Assembly: GCA_963666365.2 (NCBI GenBank) | Contig: CAXXNF010000002.1 | Location: 1,440,001-1,504,000, forward strand | From: Syntrophales bacterium | Lineage (GTDB): Bacteria; Desulfobacterota; Syntrophia; Syntrophales; UBA2210 | Direction: 5' to 3' | DNA length: 64,000 nt | In this document: positions 39,503 to 49,308 of the stretch, piece by piece | Numbering within the stretch: position 1 is the first letter of the stretch | How the letters are laid out: the number at the start of each line of letters is the position of its first letter | Position numbers and translations under genes: made by a program | Notes under the pieces: model-generated | The model's input: the letters and a program-made list of their open reading frames with translations, nothing else | Told to the model about the DNA's origin: nothing | Databases searched by the model: none

Positions 39503-39646
39503 ACCAAACAGACCAAAAGGACCAAACAGACCAGACAGACCAAAAGGACCAAACAGACCAAACAGACCAAACAGACCAGACAGACCAAAAGGACCAAACA
39601 GACCAAACAGACCAGATAGACCAAAAGGACCAAAAGGACCAAACGG
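39503..39646. repeat. 16-unit 9-mer tandem array ACCA(A/G)A(C/A)(A/G)G
   Basis: Units ACCAAACAG / ACCAAAAGG / ACCAGACAG; last unit runs into the GGAGGAG RBS of the next gene. Confidence 0.95.
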
Positions 39647-39657
39647 AGGAGTAGTCA

Positions 39658-40488
39658 ATGGCGGCACGCAAAAAAACAAAAAAACTTGAAAGCAGTGATT
39701 TCACCATCGCAAAGGAGCCTTTTTACCTGCCGCAGGCCAATGAAATCGCACTCTTTGAAACGGCCTATGCCAATAAACTGCCCGTACTGCTCAACGGCCC
39801 CACGGGAAGCGGAAAGACGCGACTGGTAGAACACATGACATGGCGGCTCGGGCTTTCACTCTATACCGTTGCCTGTCACGACGACCTGAGCGCCAATGAC
39901 CTGACGGGACGGTATATCATCAAAGGGGATGAGGTTGAGTGGATCGACGGACCCCTCCTGATGGCCGTCCGTGACGGCGGGATCGCCTACCTCGACGAAG
40001 TGGTGGAAGCCCGCAAGGATGTCACCGTGGTGATCCACCCCCTGACGGACCACCGGCGCTATCTGCCCGTGGAAAAGCGGGGGAAAATATTCCGTGCGCC
40101 CGAGGAGTTCATGCTGGTCATCAGTTATAACCCGAACTACCAGAGCGTGCTGAAAGAGCTGAAGCCCAGCACCAGGCAGCGCTTCGTGTCGATCAATCTG
40201 GGATGGCCCGTGGAAGCGCTTGAAATAAAGATTGTGAGCCAGGAGGCGGGGGTCGATGAGGAAACGTCTACACGGCTGGTAAAGGCGGCGAACAGAATAC
40301 GCAACCTTGTTCATCAGGGCCTTGAAGAAGGGGTGTCCACCAGGGAACTTGTTTATGCCGGTATGCTCATACGAAGCGGCCTCACCCCGGGAGACTCCTT
40401 GCGCGCCACCATGATCGAGCCGCTCACCTATGACAGCGACCTCAAGAAAAGCATCGAAGAGGTGCTGAAAAACTACTTCAGCTTTTGA
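39658..40488 (+). CDS. CbbQ/NirQ/NorQ-family MoxR AAA+ ATPase
   Basis: GPTGSGKTRLVEHM, CHDDL, LDEVVEARKD, SYNP, LKPSTRQRF, STRELVYA. Confidence 0.95.
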   Translation: MAARKKTKKLESSDFTIAKEPFYLPQANEIALFETAYANKLPVLLNGPTGSGKTRLVEHMTWRLGLSLYTVACHDDLSANDLTGRYIIKGDEVEWIDGPLLMAVRDGGIAYLDEVVEARKDVTVVIHPLTDHRRYLPVEKRGKIFRAPEEFMLVISYNPNYQSVLKELKPSTRQRFVSINLGWPVEALEIKIVSQEAGVDEETSTRLVKAANRIRNLVHQGLEEGVSTRELVYAGMLIRSGLTPGDSLRATMIEPLTYDSDLKKSIEEVLKNYFSF

Positions 40489-40548
40489 ACCTTGAACATA
40501 GAACCTTGAACGTAGAACATAGAACATAGAACGTAGAACGTAGAACGC
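40487..40548. repeat. Heptamer array GAAC(C/A/G)T(T/A), about 9 units
   Basis: GAACCTT GAACATA GAACCTT GAACGTA GAACATA ... in the intergenic gap. Confidence 0.9.
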
Positions 40549-40564
40549 AGTACAGGTTTTTGAA

Positions 40565-43500
40565 ATGACATCAGACACTACATTTAAAGACGGCTTCGGC
40601 AGGCCGGGCAGAGGGCGGCACATCGATGAACATTATGAAGCCGAGGTGATTGCCCGATTCGGCGAAACGCTGGCGCCGCTTATCGATCGTTTCGGATACG
40701 AAGGAATCGAGTCGATCGGACTGCTTGTGGGAAGAATTACCCAGGAGGATGCCCCGGCGGCCCTGGAGCTGCTGGAGCAGAGCCCCGCCATTGTGGAGGC
40801 GCTCATGAAACAGGGGGAGCAGCTGGTGCTGCAGGTCTACGGACTGGGCAACCAGATTGCCCCCTACGGTTCCCGTCTCGCCGTCACGTTTATGGTAGTG
40901 AGTCCCCGAATCATGGAGAAAGGGGACTTCGACACACTGGCCCGGGTTGCCGGCCTTGCCGCAGAAACCGCCCGCACCGACGCACATACGGCCCGGGCGC
41001 TGCTCGAACAAAGCCCCGGCCTTATCGAGGCAATCGGGGTCGCCGGTCTTGAGCGCGTGGCACGGTACGGCATGGCCCTGGCCCGGTCGAGCTGGATGCA
41101 GGCAGTCAAAGAAGTTGAAAAGAGCCTTTCCCGCAGCGACGCACTGGTCCGCGAAGGCGGACTGCCCTTCGCCCATGCCGTCTACCACCTGGCGTCGAAG
41201 ATTGCTGAGATAAACTGGACCCATGCCGTCGATCTTATCGAGAAAAGTCCCGCCATTGCCCGCTCATTTGCTCCCTTCGGTGACGCCGCCTATATCGCCG
41301 ATATGTATGAACAGGCAGGCAGGGCTGTTCATTTCGGTTCGAAACTGCCCCTGGCCCTTCTGGAAGAAACGCCGGCTATTCTGGACCGAATCGGGAAAGA
41401 GGCCTGCGACGCTCTCTGGGAATCGGCCCTTGTCATCGCATCGGGCGCGCCGGACGAGGCGGCGGCGCTCATACAACAGAGCCCTCATCTCATAGACAGG
41501 CTGCGCCCACATATGAGCATCGCCCGGGTGATCCGCATATACGGCCTTGGAAATGACCTGGCGACACAGGGGGCAACTATCGCCCGGCAATTCGTCGCTC
41601 AATGCGCGGCACTGGCGGATCGGCTCTCCTTCGACGACATGAAGGAACTCCAGGCGGTGACCGCGCGTATCGGCAGTCAAAGCATTGCCGCAGCGGAAAC
41701 GTTTCTCGAAAGAGCGCCCGATCTTATCGATCGGGTGGGCATGGAAGACATGGAGAAAGTGGCGGATCTGGCCATAGAAGTCAGTCGGATAAGCTGGGAA
41801 ACGGCGTCGCGGCTCCTGGCTCAAAGCCCCGCCATCATCGAACGGCTCGGGCTGGAAGGTTTCACTACTATCGGCCGTTTCTCCGCCCTGCTTTCGCGTG
41901 AAAGCTGGACATCGGCGGTGCATCTGCTTGAAAAATGCCCTGCCGTTGTCGACGGTCTTCTCGCGCTCGGCGGTGGCCCCTTAATTACCCGCGTATGCGA
42001 TCTCGGAGAAAGAATCGCCGATTACAATGCACGATTGTCCGTAAGCCTCATCGATCGAAGTCCCCATATCATCGGCAAAATCGGATTCACCGGCCTCGAA
42101 AAACTGGAAGACCTCGCCCACAGCATCGGAAAGGAAAGCTGGACCACGGCGGTCAGCCTCATTGAAGAAAGTTCCGCCATCATTGAGCGGGTCGGATTCG
42201 AAGGATTAGAAGTCATTGCCGCGGTGGCCCGCAGAATTTCCCGGGACAATCACTACGGGGCTGTCAGTCTCATAGAGAAGAGTCCCGACCTTATCGACAG
42301 GCTCTGCACTTTTGGAGACGCCACGCAGGCGCTTCGCGTCTACGCCCTTGCAGAAAAGGCCGCATCATCGAGCTGGCGAACAGCGGCCACCCTGCTCGAA
42401 AAGAGCCCTCTCTTGATCTCAATGATCGGATATGAGGGACTTGAAAAATTATCACTGCTGATAACGGAAGTGGCGGAACGGAATAAAAAAATATCGACCC
42501 GCATCCTCGACCTTAGTCCCGCCATCATCGACAAAATAGGGTATGAAGGCCTGGAGGCCGTCTGCGGTCTTGTCACGTCGCTTTCACGAGAGGAATGGAC
42601 CACGGCCATGTCCGTCATTGAAAAAAGTCCTGATCTGATTGAAAAGCTCGCCTCCTTCGGGGACCGGAACGTTCCGAAGCAGACCTTCCAGCTCGCCGCC
42701 GCCGCCGCCGTGACGAGCCGGCCCGTGGCACTGAGGCTTCTTGAAAAGAGTTATGAGCTTATCAACCTGGCAGGCATTGAAGGATTCGGCAAGATCGCGG
42801 CACACGTGGTAACCGTGGCCGGGGAAGACGAGGAAAAGGCGCTTTCGTTCCTTCGCGCCGATTCGATTGAATTTGCCGACTTTATGGAGCACATTCCCAA
42901 GGGATTGGAATTGAAAGAGGTGCGGCCCCTGCTGTCGACCTATCTCCGGGCGCTTCTCGGACGGCGGGTGGAAATCGCCGAGGCCGACACAGTATCCACC
43001 GACGGCATAAAGATCTATCTCCCCCGCAGAGTCAAGGAATTTCGGGAAAACGAGCACAATTTCACCTTCTACAAGGTGATCACCACCCATCAGGAGGCAC
43101 ATCTCGAATACGGAAGCTTCGAATTCGATTACCGCCGCATCGAGGACTGCGCGGCCGCCGTCACAGCCCGGTACGGCGCCAGGGAAGAAACGGAAGGAAG
43201 TGATGTTGAACGGTTCTTCGCCCTCTTTCCCGAACCGGACCTTGCCGCCGATCTGTTCAACATGGCTGAAGATTTTCGCATAGAATCGCGGCTGAAGCGG
43301 GAATACCCCGCCCTGGGCAAGGAAATTGCGCGGATGAACCGGCATGGGCTTTCCAAGCGTTCGTCGCTTAAAAAAATGACTAACCAGAAGCAGCGGGCGG
43401 TGGAAATGGTCGGCCGCACATTGAGCGCCGGCAGCGCCTTTGACGACAGAGAAGATCCCACATTCACCGCCTGGACCGAAGCCGTTGCAGGGGCGGAACC

Positions 43501-44977
43501 GCTGACCCGGCCCGACGCCGATGTGCACGACACCGCCCGCATCACCGCAGAACTGTATTGCATCATTGATCAGGCCTTTGAAGAAGTCTACCGGCCGGTC
43601 AGGCCCCTGTCGAAGCCGATCGACCAGAATACGGTGGCACAGAACATCGGCAGTTTCGGAAAGACATCACAACATATCGAAGACAGGCTGCAGGGGAATC
43701 AGCCCCCGTCCCCGCGCGGCCGCCAGCAGGAAGCGGTGGAAGCCGAGAGCGCGTCGGAAAATGATACGACGCCCACCGACAGCCGCCCCCAGGGACAGCA
43801 GATCAGAGAGGCATCCCACCGGACCGGCGAAAGCCAGCGCACCTATCAAAGCGCATCGCCGGGCGGCAAGCAGGAATCGGGGGATGCCGACGACGCCCAC
43901 GAAAAAACCGAGTCCGCCGGCGGCTCGATGAAGTACGACTCCACCGACAAGATAGAACGGCTCCTGCGCTCCGCCTATCGGGAACGGGGAATTACCCCGA
44001 AGGAAATCGAACGAAGGATGGAATCGCTTCATCCGAATGAGATCTATCTGTTTCTCCATAATCTGGAGGCCTCGCTCAAGAAAAAAACGGAACTGGAACG
44101 TGAGCGGGGCACCACGCTCTATGCCGAATGGGGCGATGACATCAACGAGTATCGTGCCAACTGGTCGAGAATCAGGGAACAGTTGCACAAAAGCACGACC
44201 CTCGACTTCTACCGTGACGCGACGGACCGTCACGCGGGACTTCTCAAAAAAATCAGGCGCGAATTCCAGATGTTGAAACCGGAGGGGTTCAGCAGGCTGA
44301 AACGGCAGTATGACGGTGACGAGATCGATCTGGATGCGGTGGTCGAATATCTGGTGGATCGGAAGGTGGGACTGTCACCGTCGGAAAAGAATTACACACT
44401 GATCCGCAAAAAGCGCCGTGATATCGCCGTGGCCTTTCTTATCGATATGAGCCGCAGCACCAAGGGATCCACCATTGAAAAGGAGAAGGAATCGCTCATC
44501 ATCATGTCCGAGGCCCTCCACGAAGTGGGCGATGCCTTCGCCGTGTACGGATTCTCCGGCGACAACCGCGACAACGTGGATTTTTATCTCATCAAGGATT
44601 TTGACGAACCCTACAAAGATCGCGTGAAAAAGCGGATCTGCGCCATAGAGGACCGCTTCGAAAACCGCGACGGCACGGCGATCCGCCACACCATCAACAA
44701 GCTGCGGCGACGCCCCGAACGGACGAAGATGATCATTCTTCTGAGCGACGGCAAACCGGTGGACAAGGAATACGCGGGAACCTACGCCATCGAGGACACC
44801 CGCATGGCCCTTAAGGAGGCGCAGCGCTTCGGCATCAAAACTTTCTGCATCACCGTCGACAAAAGCGCCGCCGACTACCTGCCGCGCATGTACAGTCACA
44901 GCAGCTGGACCGTCATCGACGACGTGGTGAAACTCCCCGAGAAGATCACGCGCATCTATCGGATGCTGACCACATAA
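40565..44977 (+). CDS. NorD/CbbO-like VWA adaptor with long N-terminal helical repeat region
   Basis: C-terminal YAEW, GDEIDLDA, MIDAS DMSRST, RDGTAIRH, LSDGKP; about 770 aa of A..LLEKSP.II..IG.EGLE repeats. Confidence 0.9.
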   Translation: MTSDTTFKDGFGRPGRGRHIDEHYEAEVIARFGETLAPLIDRFGYEGIESIGLLVGRITQEDAPAALELLEQSPAIVEALMKQGEQLVLQVYGLGNQIAPYGSRLAVTFMVVSPRIMEKGDFDTLARVAGLAAETARTDAHTARALLEQSPGLIEAIGVAGLERVARYGMALARSSWMQAVKEVEKSLSRSDALVREGGLPFAHAVYHLASKIAEINWTHAVDLIEKSPAIARSFAPFGDAAYIADMYEQAGRAVHFGSKLPLALLEETPAILDRIGKEACDALWESALVIASGAPDEAAALIQQSPHLIDRLRPHMSIARVIRIYGLGNDLATQGATIARQFVAQCAALADRLSFDDMKELQAVTARIGSQSIAAAETFLERAPDLIDRVGMEDMEKVADLAIEVSRISWETASRLLAQSPAIIERLGLEGFTTIGRFSALLSRESWTSAVHLLEKCPAVVDGLLALGGGPLITRVCDLGERIADYNARLSVSLIDRSPHIIGKIGFTGLEKLEDLAHSIGKESWTTAVSLIEESSAIIERVGFEGLEVIAAVARRISRDNHYGAVSLIEKSPDLIDRLCTFGDATQALRVYALAEKAASSSWRTAATLLEKSPLLISMIGYEGLEKLSLLITEVAERNKKISTRILDLSPAIIDKIGYEGLEAVCGLVTSLSREEWTTAMSVIEKSPDLIEKLASFGDRNVPKQTFQLAAAAAVTSRPVALRLLEKSYELINLAGIEGFGKIAAHVVTVAGEDEEKALSFLRADSIEFADFMEHIPKGLELKEVRPLLSTYLRALLGRRVEIAEADTVSTDGIKIYLPRRVKEFRENEHNFTFYKVITTHQEAHLEYGSFEFDYRRIEDCAAAVTARYGAREETEGSDVERFFALFPEPDLAADLFNMAEDFRIESRLKREYPALGKEIARMNRHGLSKRSSLKKMTNQKQRAVEMVGRTLSAGSAFDDREDPTFTAWTEAVAGAEPLTRPDADVHDTARITAELYCIIDQAFEEVYRPVRPLSKPIDQNTVAQNIGSFGKTSQHIEDRLQGNQPPSPRGRQQEAVEAESASENDTTPTDSRPQGQQIREASHRTGESQRTYQSASPGGKQESGDADDAHEKTESAGGSMKYDSTDKIERLLRSAYRERGITPKEIERRMESLHPNEIYLFLHNLEASLKKKTELERERGTTLYAEWGDDINEYRANWSRIREQLHKSTTLDFYRDATDRHAGLLKKIRREFQMLKPEGFSRLKRQYDGDEIDLDAVVEYLVDRKVGLSPSEKNYTLIRKKRRDIAVAFLIDMSRSTKGSTIEKEKESLIIMSEALHEVGDAFAVYGFSGDNRDNVDFYLIKDFDEPYKDRVKKRICAIEDRFENRDGTAIRHTINKLRRRPERTKMIILLSDGKPVDKEYAGTYAIEDTRMALKEAQRFGIKTFCITVDKSAADYLPRMYSHSSWTVIDDVVKLPEKITRIYRMLTT

Positions 44978-45089
44978 CCCCGATGATTTCATTGAAGAAT
45001 AATTTTTTGTAACCCTGTTTTTTCTTGATATTCCCTCAATTTGTGATATTCTCAATTTTTAAATGATTACAAACTTAAAGGCACTGCAT

Positions 45090-45479
45090 ATGGACAAGAA
45101 GTCGCACAAAACAGCGCAGAGAGCAGCCATTCTGGAGTATTTACGGGGGAACACCGATCATCCGTCGGCCGCCCATATCTATGAAGCGGTTTCCAGGCAG
45201 CTCAGTGCGATATCGCTCACGACCGTATATAACACGCTGATGCATCTCGAAAGGAAGGGCCTGGTACAGGAAGTGCCTTCCTGCGGCAGTGCAGGGAAAC
45301 GATTCGATCCCAACGCGGCGCCTCACGATCATCTCATCTGCCGATCCTGCAACGCTATTTTCAATCTGGATCCTTCTCTTCGTCCGCCGATCGGCGCCGA
45401 GCATCTGCATGGATTCGATCCGAAGGATATCGTCATCACTGTGTACGGTCTCTGTCCGGACTGCAGTGGAACTGAATGA
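45090..45479 (+). CDS. Fur/PerR-family transcriptional regulator
   Basis: TAQRAAIL, HPSA, SLTTVYNTL, HDHLICRSC, GLCPDC; start 45063 or 45090. Confidence 0.93.
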   Translation: MDKKSHKTAQRAAILEYLRGNTDHPSAAHIYEAVSRQLSAISLTTVYNTLMHLERKGLVQEVPSCGSAGKRFDPNAAPHDHLICRSCNAIFNLDPSLRPPIGAEHLHGFDPKDIVITVYGLCPDCSGTE

Positions 45480-45596
45480 TAAACAGGGAATACAGAGCCC
45501 TTATTGTATGAACAACTGCGTACCGACTGACCATTCGATCGCGTTTTTTTCTTACAGGATAGAGCAATGTGCATACCTGTATGGAGGGGGGCCCAC

Positions 45597-48500
45597 ATGA
45601 ACAGACGCCCCTTCGGCGCTGCAAGAGCCTCAGTTGTCAAGACGGACCGCACACTGTCGATTCTCTGCGGGGGAGTCGATGCAGGCGATGATGCCCCCCC
45701 GCGGCGAACGTTGAAGCCGGGCATTCTTTTCTCTCTCCTGCTGGCGCTTTCGCTTTTACTCGCCCCCGCCACCCTTCATGCCGCCTATGTCAAACGGTAC
45801 ACGACGATCGCCAACGGCGCCATGACCTTCACGGGAAACGCCCTGGGGTTGAGCAAGGCAAGCAACTCCGACCGACCGGGCACAAACGGCTCAATCGGCA
45901 CATTCAGCACTACGGACACCTCGTTACGGGACAATAGCTACTGGCCCTACGGCACAACCGACAACTGGCAGGACAATTCCTCGTCCGCTCTGCTGACTAT
46001 GCCCGGCGGAAGCACGGTCCTCTATGCGGAGCTGATATGGGGAGGAAGCTACAATTACGGCGGCAGCAACGTGAGCTCCTCCCTGAACAACGCCGTCTCA
46101 CTTACCACGCCGCTGGGCGCATTCAGTATCAGCCCCTCATCCTCGACGGCGACTACGCTTACCGGCGACTACTACTATGTCCGATCCGCCGATGTCACCA
46201 GCTACGTCAAGGGCGCCGGCGCCGGCCTGTATACCGTGGGCGGCGTCCCCGGCACTCAGGAACGTAACGAAAACAACGCCAACGCCGCAGGATGGACGCT
46301 TGCCGTGGTGTACAAGAATACCGCCCTTCCCGCGAGAAACATGACCATCTTCGTGGGAGGAGAACTGACCAGCTCCTCTCAGACCACCACATCGTCCGTA
46401 AGCGGCTTCTGCACTCCGCAGTCGGGAACAATCAACGCCCGCATGATGGTGTCGGCTATTGAAGGCGATTCTAATCTGACGGGCGACCAGATGCGGTTCG
46501 GACCATCGACGGGAACGCTTTCTGCCGTATCGGGACCCAACAATCCTATCAACAACTTTTTCTCGTCCCAGATCAACAGCGACGACGGCACGCTGGACAC
46601 ATCCGGAACCTTCGGCACCCTTAACCACACACCCGGCTCAAACAGCAGCGGTCGCCGCCAGGGCTGGGACATCACCAACGTAGACGTTTCATCGCGGATG
46701 CAGAACAGCCAGAGCACCGCCTTCGCCCGGGGCACCACGAGTGGCGATCGGTATGTCATCACCACGATCGGCCTTCAGATCGATGTGGGACAGCCTGTGT
46801 TTCCCACTGCAGTGATGACCGTCGACAAACCCGTCACCTTTGTGGGAGACACGGTAACCTACACGACAACCCTCGACAATTCTGCGGGATCCGCCGATGC
46901 GCTGAATGTGGTTTTCACCGATTCGCCGCCTCCGGGCATGTCCTTCGTCACTGGCAGCGTCACAGTCAACGGCGTGCCTCAGCCGGGTGCGAACCCCGCC
47001 CTGGGCATTCCTCTCGGCGCCATCGCCGCAGGGAGCGTCGTGACGATCTCCTATCAGAAACAGGTCGATGCCGTCCCTTTGCCGCCTGCGCCCGCCGAAT
47101 ACGCCAACAACGCAACCTGGACCTACCAGTACGAAAGCTGCCCCAGTTTTCCCCTGAATAACGGGACGCTCTCCACTGCGCCGAATGTCATCAGTGTGGT
47201 GCCGCGCCTTGAACCGACAAAATCCGCCGATCCTCCCGGCGCCGTCCTGCCCGGCGGCGCCGTCACCTACACCATTACCATCCCCAATACGGGAACGGCG
47301 CCCACAGCCGGGACGACGCTCGCCGATCCTATTCCCACAGGAACCGCCTATGTGCCGGGAAGCACCACCATGAACGGAACACCGGTGGCCGATACGGCGG
47401 GACAAATGCCCTTTGCCGCGGCGCGCCTGGTGAACAGCCCCGGAGAACCGGCGGGACAGGTCAACATTGGAGAAGCCGCCGTGATTTCTTTTCAGGTGAC
47501 CATCAACCCAGATCCGCCACTGATCATTACCAACATCGCCACCATCGATCCCGACGGCGCCGGTCCCTCGCCTGCCATCGAAGTGCCCCTGACAAACCCG
47601 CCGGTACAGGCCGACCTCGCCGTGGCCATCACCGACAACCAGACGGAAGCCGTAGCGGGAGCACCGATTGCCTACGAGGTGACCGTCACGAATAACGGGC
47701 CTGATCGGGTAATCAGTTGCAATCTTTCGGTCCCCCTGCCCGACGCGATCATCAATGCCGCCTATTCAGCGAATGCAGGCGCCTACAACAGCCAGACGGG
47801 GGCATGGACGGGATTATCCCTGAACGCCGGACAAAGCGCCGTCCTCACCGTCAGCGGAAATGTCGCTCCTTCGGCCCTTTCGCCGCTTACGGTTACCGCA
47901 ACGGTCTCGCCTTCTCCGGGCGTCCAGGATGCGGCAAGCGGCAACAACTCGGCCTCCGACACCGACACGATCCTGTACCGGGCCGATCTCGCCGTGACGA
48001 AAACGGACGGCAAGGAGAGCGTCATTCCGGGAGAAACCATCACCTACACGATTACCGTCACCAACAACGGCCCAAGCCATGTCGAAGCCGTGACCCTTGT
48101 CGACACCCTGCCGGCACTGTTTCAAAGCCCCCTCTTCAATCCATCGGAGGGGGTCTACAACGAGGAAACGGGCCTCTGGTCCGGAATATCGCTTGAACCG
48201 GGAAGCAGCGTCACCCTCTCCCTGACGGGTATGGTGGATGAATCGCTCACAGGCGACCTTGTCAATACCGTCACCGTCACGCCGCCCGAGGACGTCGTCG
48301 ACCCGGAGAACGGCAATAACACGGCCGTCGACACGAATACGAGCAGCCCGCTTATGTCGCTTCATAAATATGTCGATCGGACGAACGCCGCGCCGGGCGA
48401 AAGTCTGCTTTACACGGTCCACTACCGTAATATCGGAGGAAGCCTGGCACAAAACGTTATTATTATAGATACCATCCCGCCCTACACACGCTATAAAGCG

Positions 48501-48701
48501 GGAACCCTCAAACGAGGTACGGCCAATTCCACCTACGGCGATCCCGCCAACCTGACCTTTACCGATGCAGTCGACGGCGACAAGGGCGAGGTGAGCGGCG
48601 CCAGCATTATTTTCAAGATCGATACCGTAGCGGCAAATGACGGCGCCGACGGCACCGGCGCCGATGAGGGAAAGGTGTATTTCGAGGTGATAATCGATTG
48701 A
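45597..48701 (+). CDS. Secreted multi-DUF11 adhesin with N-terminal DUF3344-like head (putative tip)
   Basis: Signal peptide ...LHA; YAELIWGG and GWTLAVVY head motifs; five DUF11-type repeats (GD/E.ITYT.T..N.G...D.LP); ends YFEVIID. Confidence 0.8.
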   Translation: MNRRPFGAARASVVKTDRTLSILCGGVDAGDDAPPRRTLKPGILFSLLLALSLLLAPATLHAAYVKRYTTIANGAMTFTGNALGLSKASNSDRPGTNGSIGTFSTTDTSLRDNSYWPYGTTDNWQDNSSSALLTMPGGSTVLYAELIWGGSYNYGGSNVSSSLNNAVSLTTPLGAFSISPSSSTATTLTGDYYYVRSADVTSYVKGAGAGLYTVGGVPGTQERNENNANAAGWTLAVVYKNTALPARNMTIFVGGELTSSSQTTTSSVSGFCTPQSGTINARMMVSAIEGDSNLTGDQMRFGPSTGTLSAVSGPNNPINNFFSSQINSDDGTLDTSGTFGTLNHTPGSNSSGRRQGWDITNVDVSSRMQNSQSTAFARGTTSGDRYVITTIGLQIDVGQPVFPTAVMTVDKPVTFVGDTVTYTTTLDNSAGSADALNVVFTDSPPPGMSFVTGSVTVNGVPQPGANPALGIPLGAIAAGSVVTISYQKQVDAVPLPPAPAEYANNATWTYQYESCPSFPLNNGTLSTAPNVISVVPRLEPTKSADPPGAVLPGGAVTYTITIPNTGTAPTAGTTLADPIPTGTAYVPGSTTMNGTPVADTAGQMPFAAARLVNSPGEPAGQVNIGEAAVISFQVTINPDPPLIITNIATIDPDGAGPSPAIEVPLTNPPVQADLAVAITDNQTEAVAGAPIAYEVTVTNNGPDRVISCNLSVPLPDAIINAAYSANAGAYNSQTGAWTGLSLNAGQSAVLTVSGNVAPSALSPLTVTATVSPSPGVQDAASGNNSASDTDTILYRADLAVTKTDGKESVIPGETITYTITVTNNGPSHVEAVTLVDTLPALFQSPLFNPSEGVYNEETGLWSGISLEPGSSVTLSLTGMVDESLTGDLVNTVTVTPPEDVVDPENGNNTAVDTNTSSPLMSLHKYVDRTNAAPGESLLYTVHYRNIGGSLAQNVIIIDTIPPYTRYKAGTLKRGTANSTYGDPANLTFTDAVDGDKGEVSGASIIFKIDTVAANDGADGTGADEGKVYFEVIID

Positions 48702-48717
48702 GCAAGGGGTGTAATGC

Positions 48718-49236
48718 ATGAATACCACAAATTTATTTCCAAGAGCGGCGCTCCTCTGCGCGTCTTTTCTCCTGTGCTTCCTTTCGGGAAGTCCTGCCTG
48801 GTCACAGGACGAAGCCAGGCTCGTTCTGAAGACGGAAGCAGCCAAGGAGATCAGGGTGAAAGAAGGAGCTGTCTGGGTCGTAAAGTACGAGCCGGTAACC
48901 GTGACAAAGCCGGGGGACATCCTGCGGTATACGGTTGCCTATCACAACGAGGGAAACGCTCCGGCAGTGGGCGCCCGTATCGTGGATCCGGTCCCGAAAG
49001 GAACCGTCTATATCATGGGAAGCGCCGCCGGCGCCGGGACGGCGATCCGATTCAGCATCGACGGCGGGGCGACCTGGCAGGCGCCCCCGGTGATGCATGT
49101 GGTGCGGAAACCCGACGGAAGCGAGAAAAAAGAGCCGGCCCCGCCGGAACTCTTCACCCATATCAGGTGGTCCCTGACGGGAGAGGTGCCCGCCGGCGGT
49201 TCCGGCAGTGTGCATTTCAAGGTCACCGTGCAGTAA
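48718..49236 (+). CDS. Small secreted single DUF11-like domain protein
   Basis: Signal peptide ...AWS; PGDILRYTVAYHNEG, DPVPKGTVY, FSIDGG, ends FKVTVQ. Confidence 0.8.
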   Translation: MNTTNLFPRAALLCASFLLCFLSGSPAWSQDEARLVLKTEAAKEIRVKEGAVWVVKYEPVTVTKPGDILRYTVAYHNEGNAPAVGARIVDPVPKGTVYIMGSAAGAGTAIRFSIDGGATWQAPPVMHVVRKPDGSEKKEPAPPELFTHIRWSLTGEVPAGGSGSVHFKVTVQ

Positions 49237-49308
49237 AAGGTGGAAATCGTATGAGATTTCCATTGGATATACATTAGTTAACATTACATGAAGGGGAGGT
49301 AACAAGTC

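Noticed and set aside
39503..39646. Possible CRISPR array
   Set aside because: Contiguous 9-bp units with no unique spacers and no cas genes
39268..39707. ORFs with periodic peptides (LVCLVC, PNRPKG, WSVWSF)
   Set aside because: Translations of the 9-mer DNA array, which is stop-free in several frames; no RBS or domain evidence
39658..44977. Calling the pair norQ/norD or cbbQ/cbbO
   Set aside because: No nor or cbb structural genes in the window; the family is clear but the function is not, so no symbol is given
45020..45075. Fur/Per box upstream of the regulator
   Set aside because: AT-rich with partial TGATATTC repeats, but no convincing match to either consensus by eye
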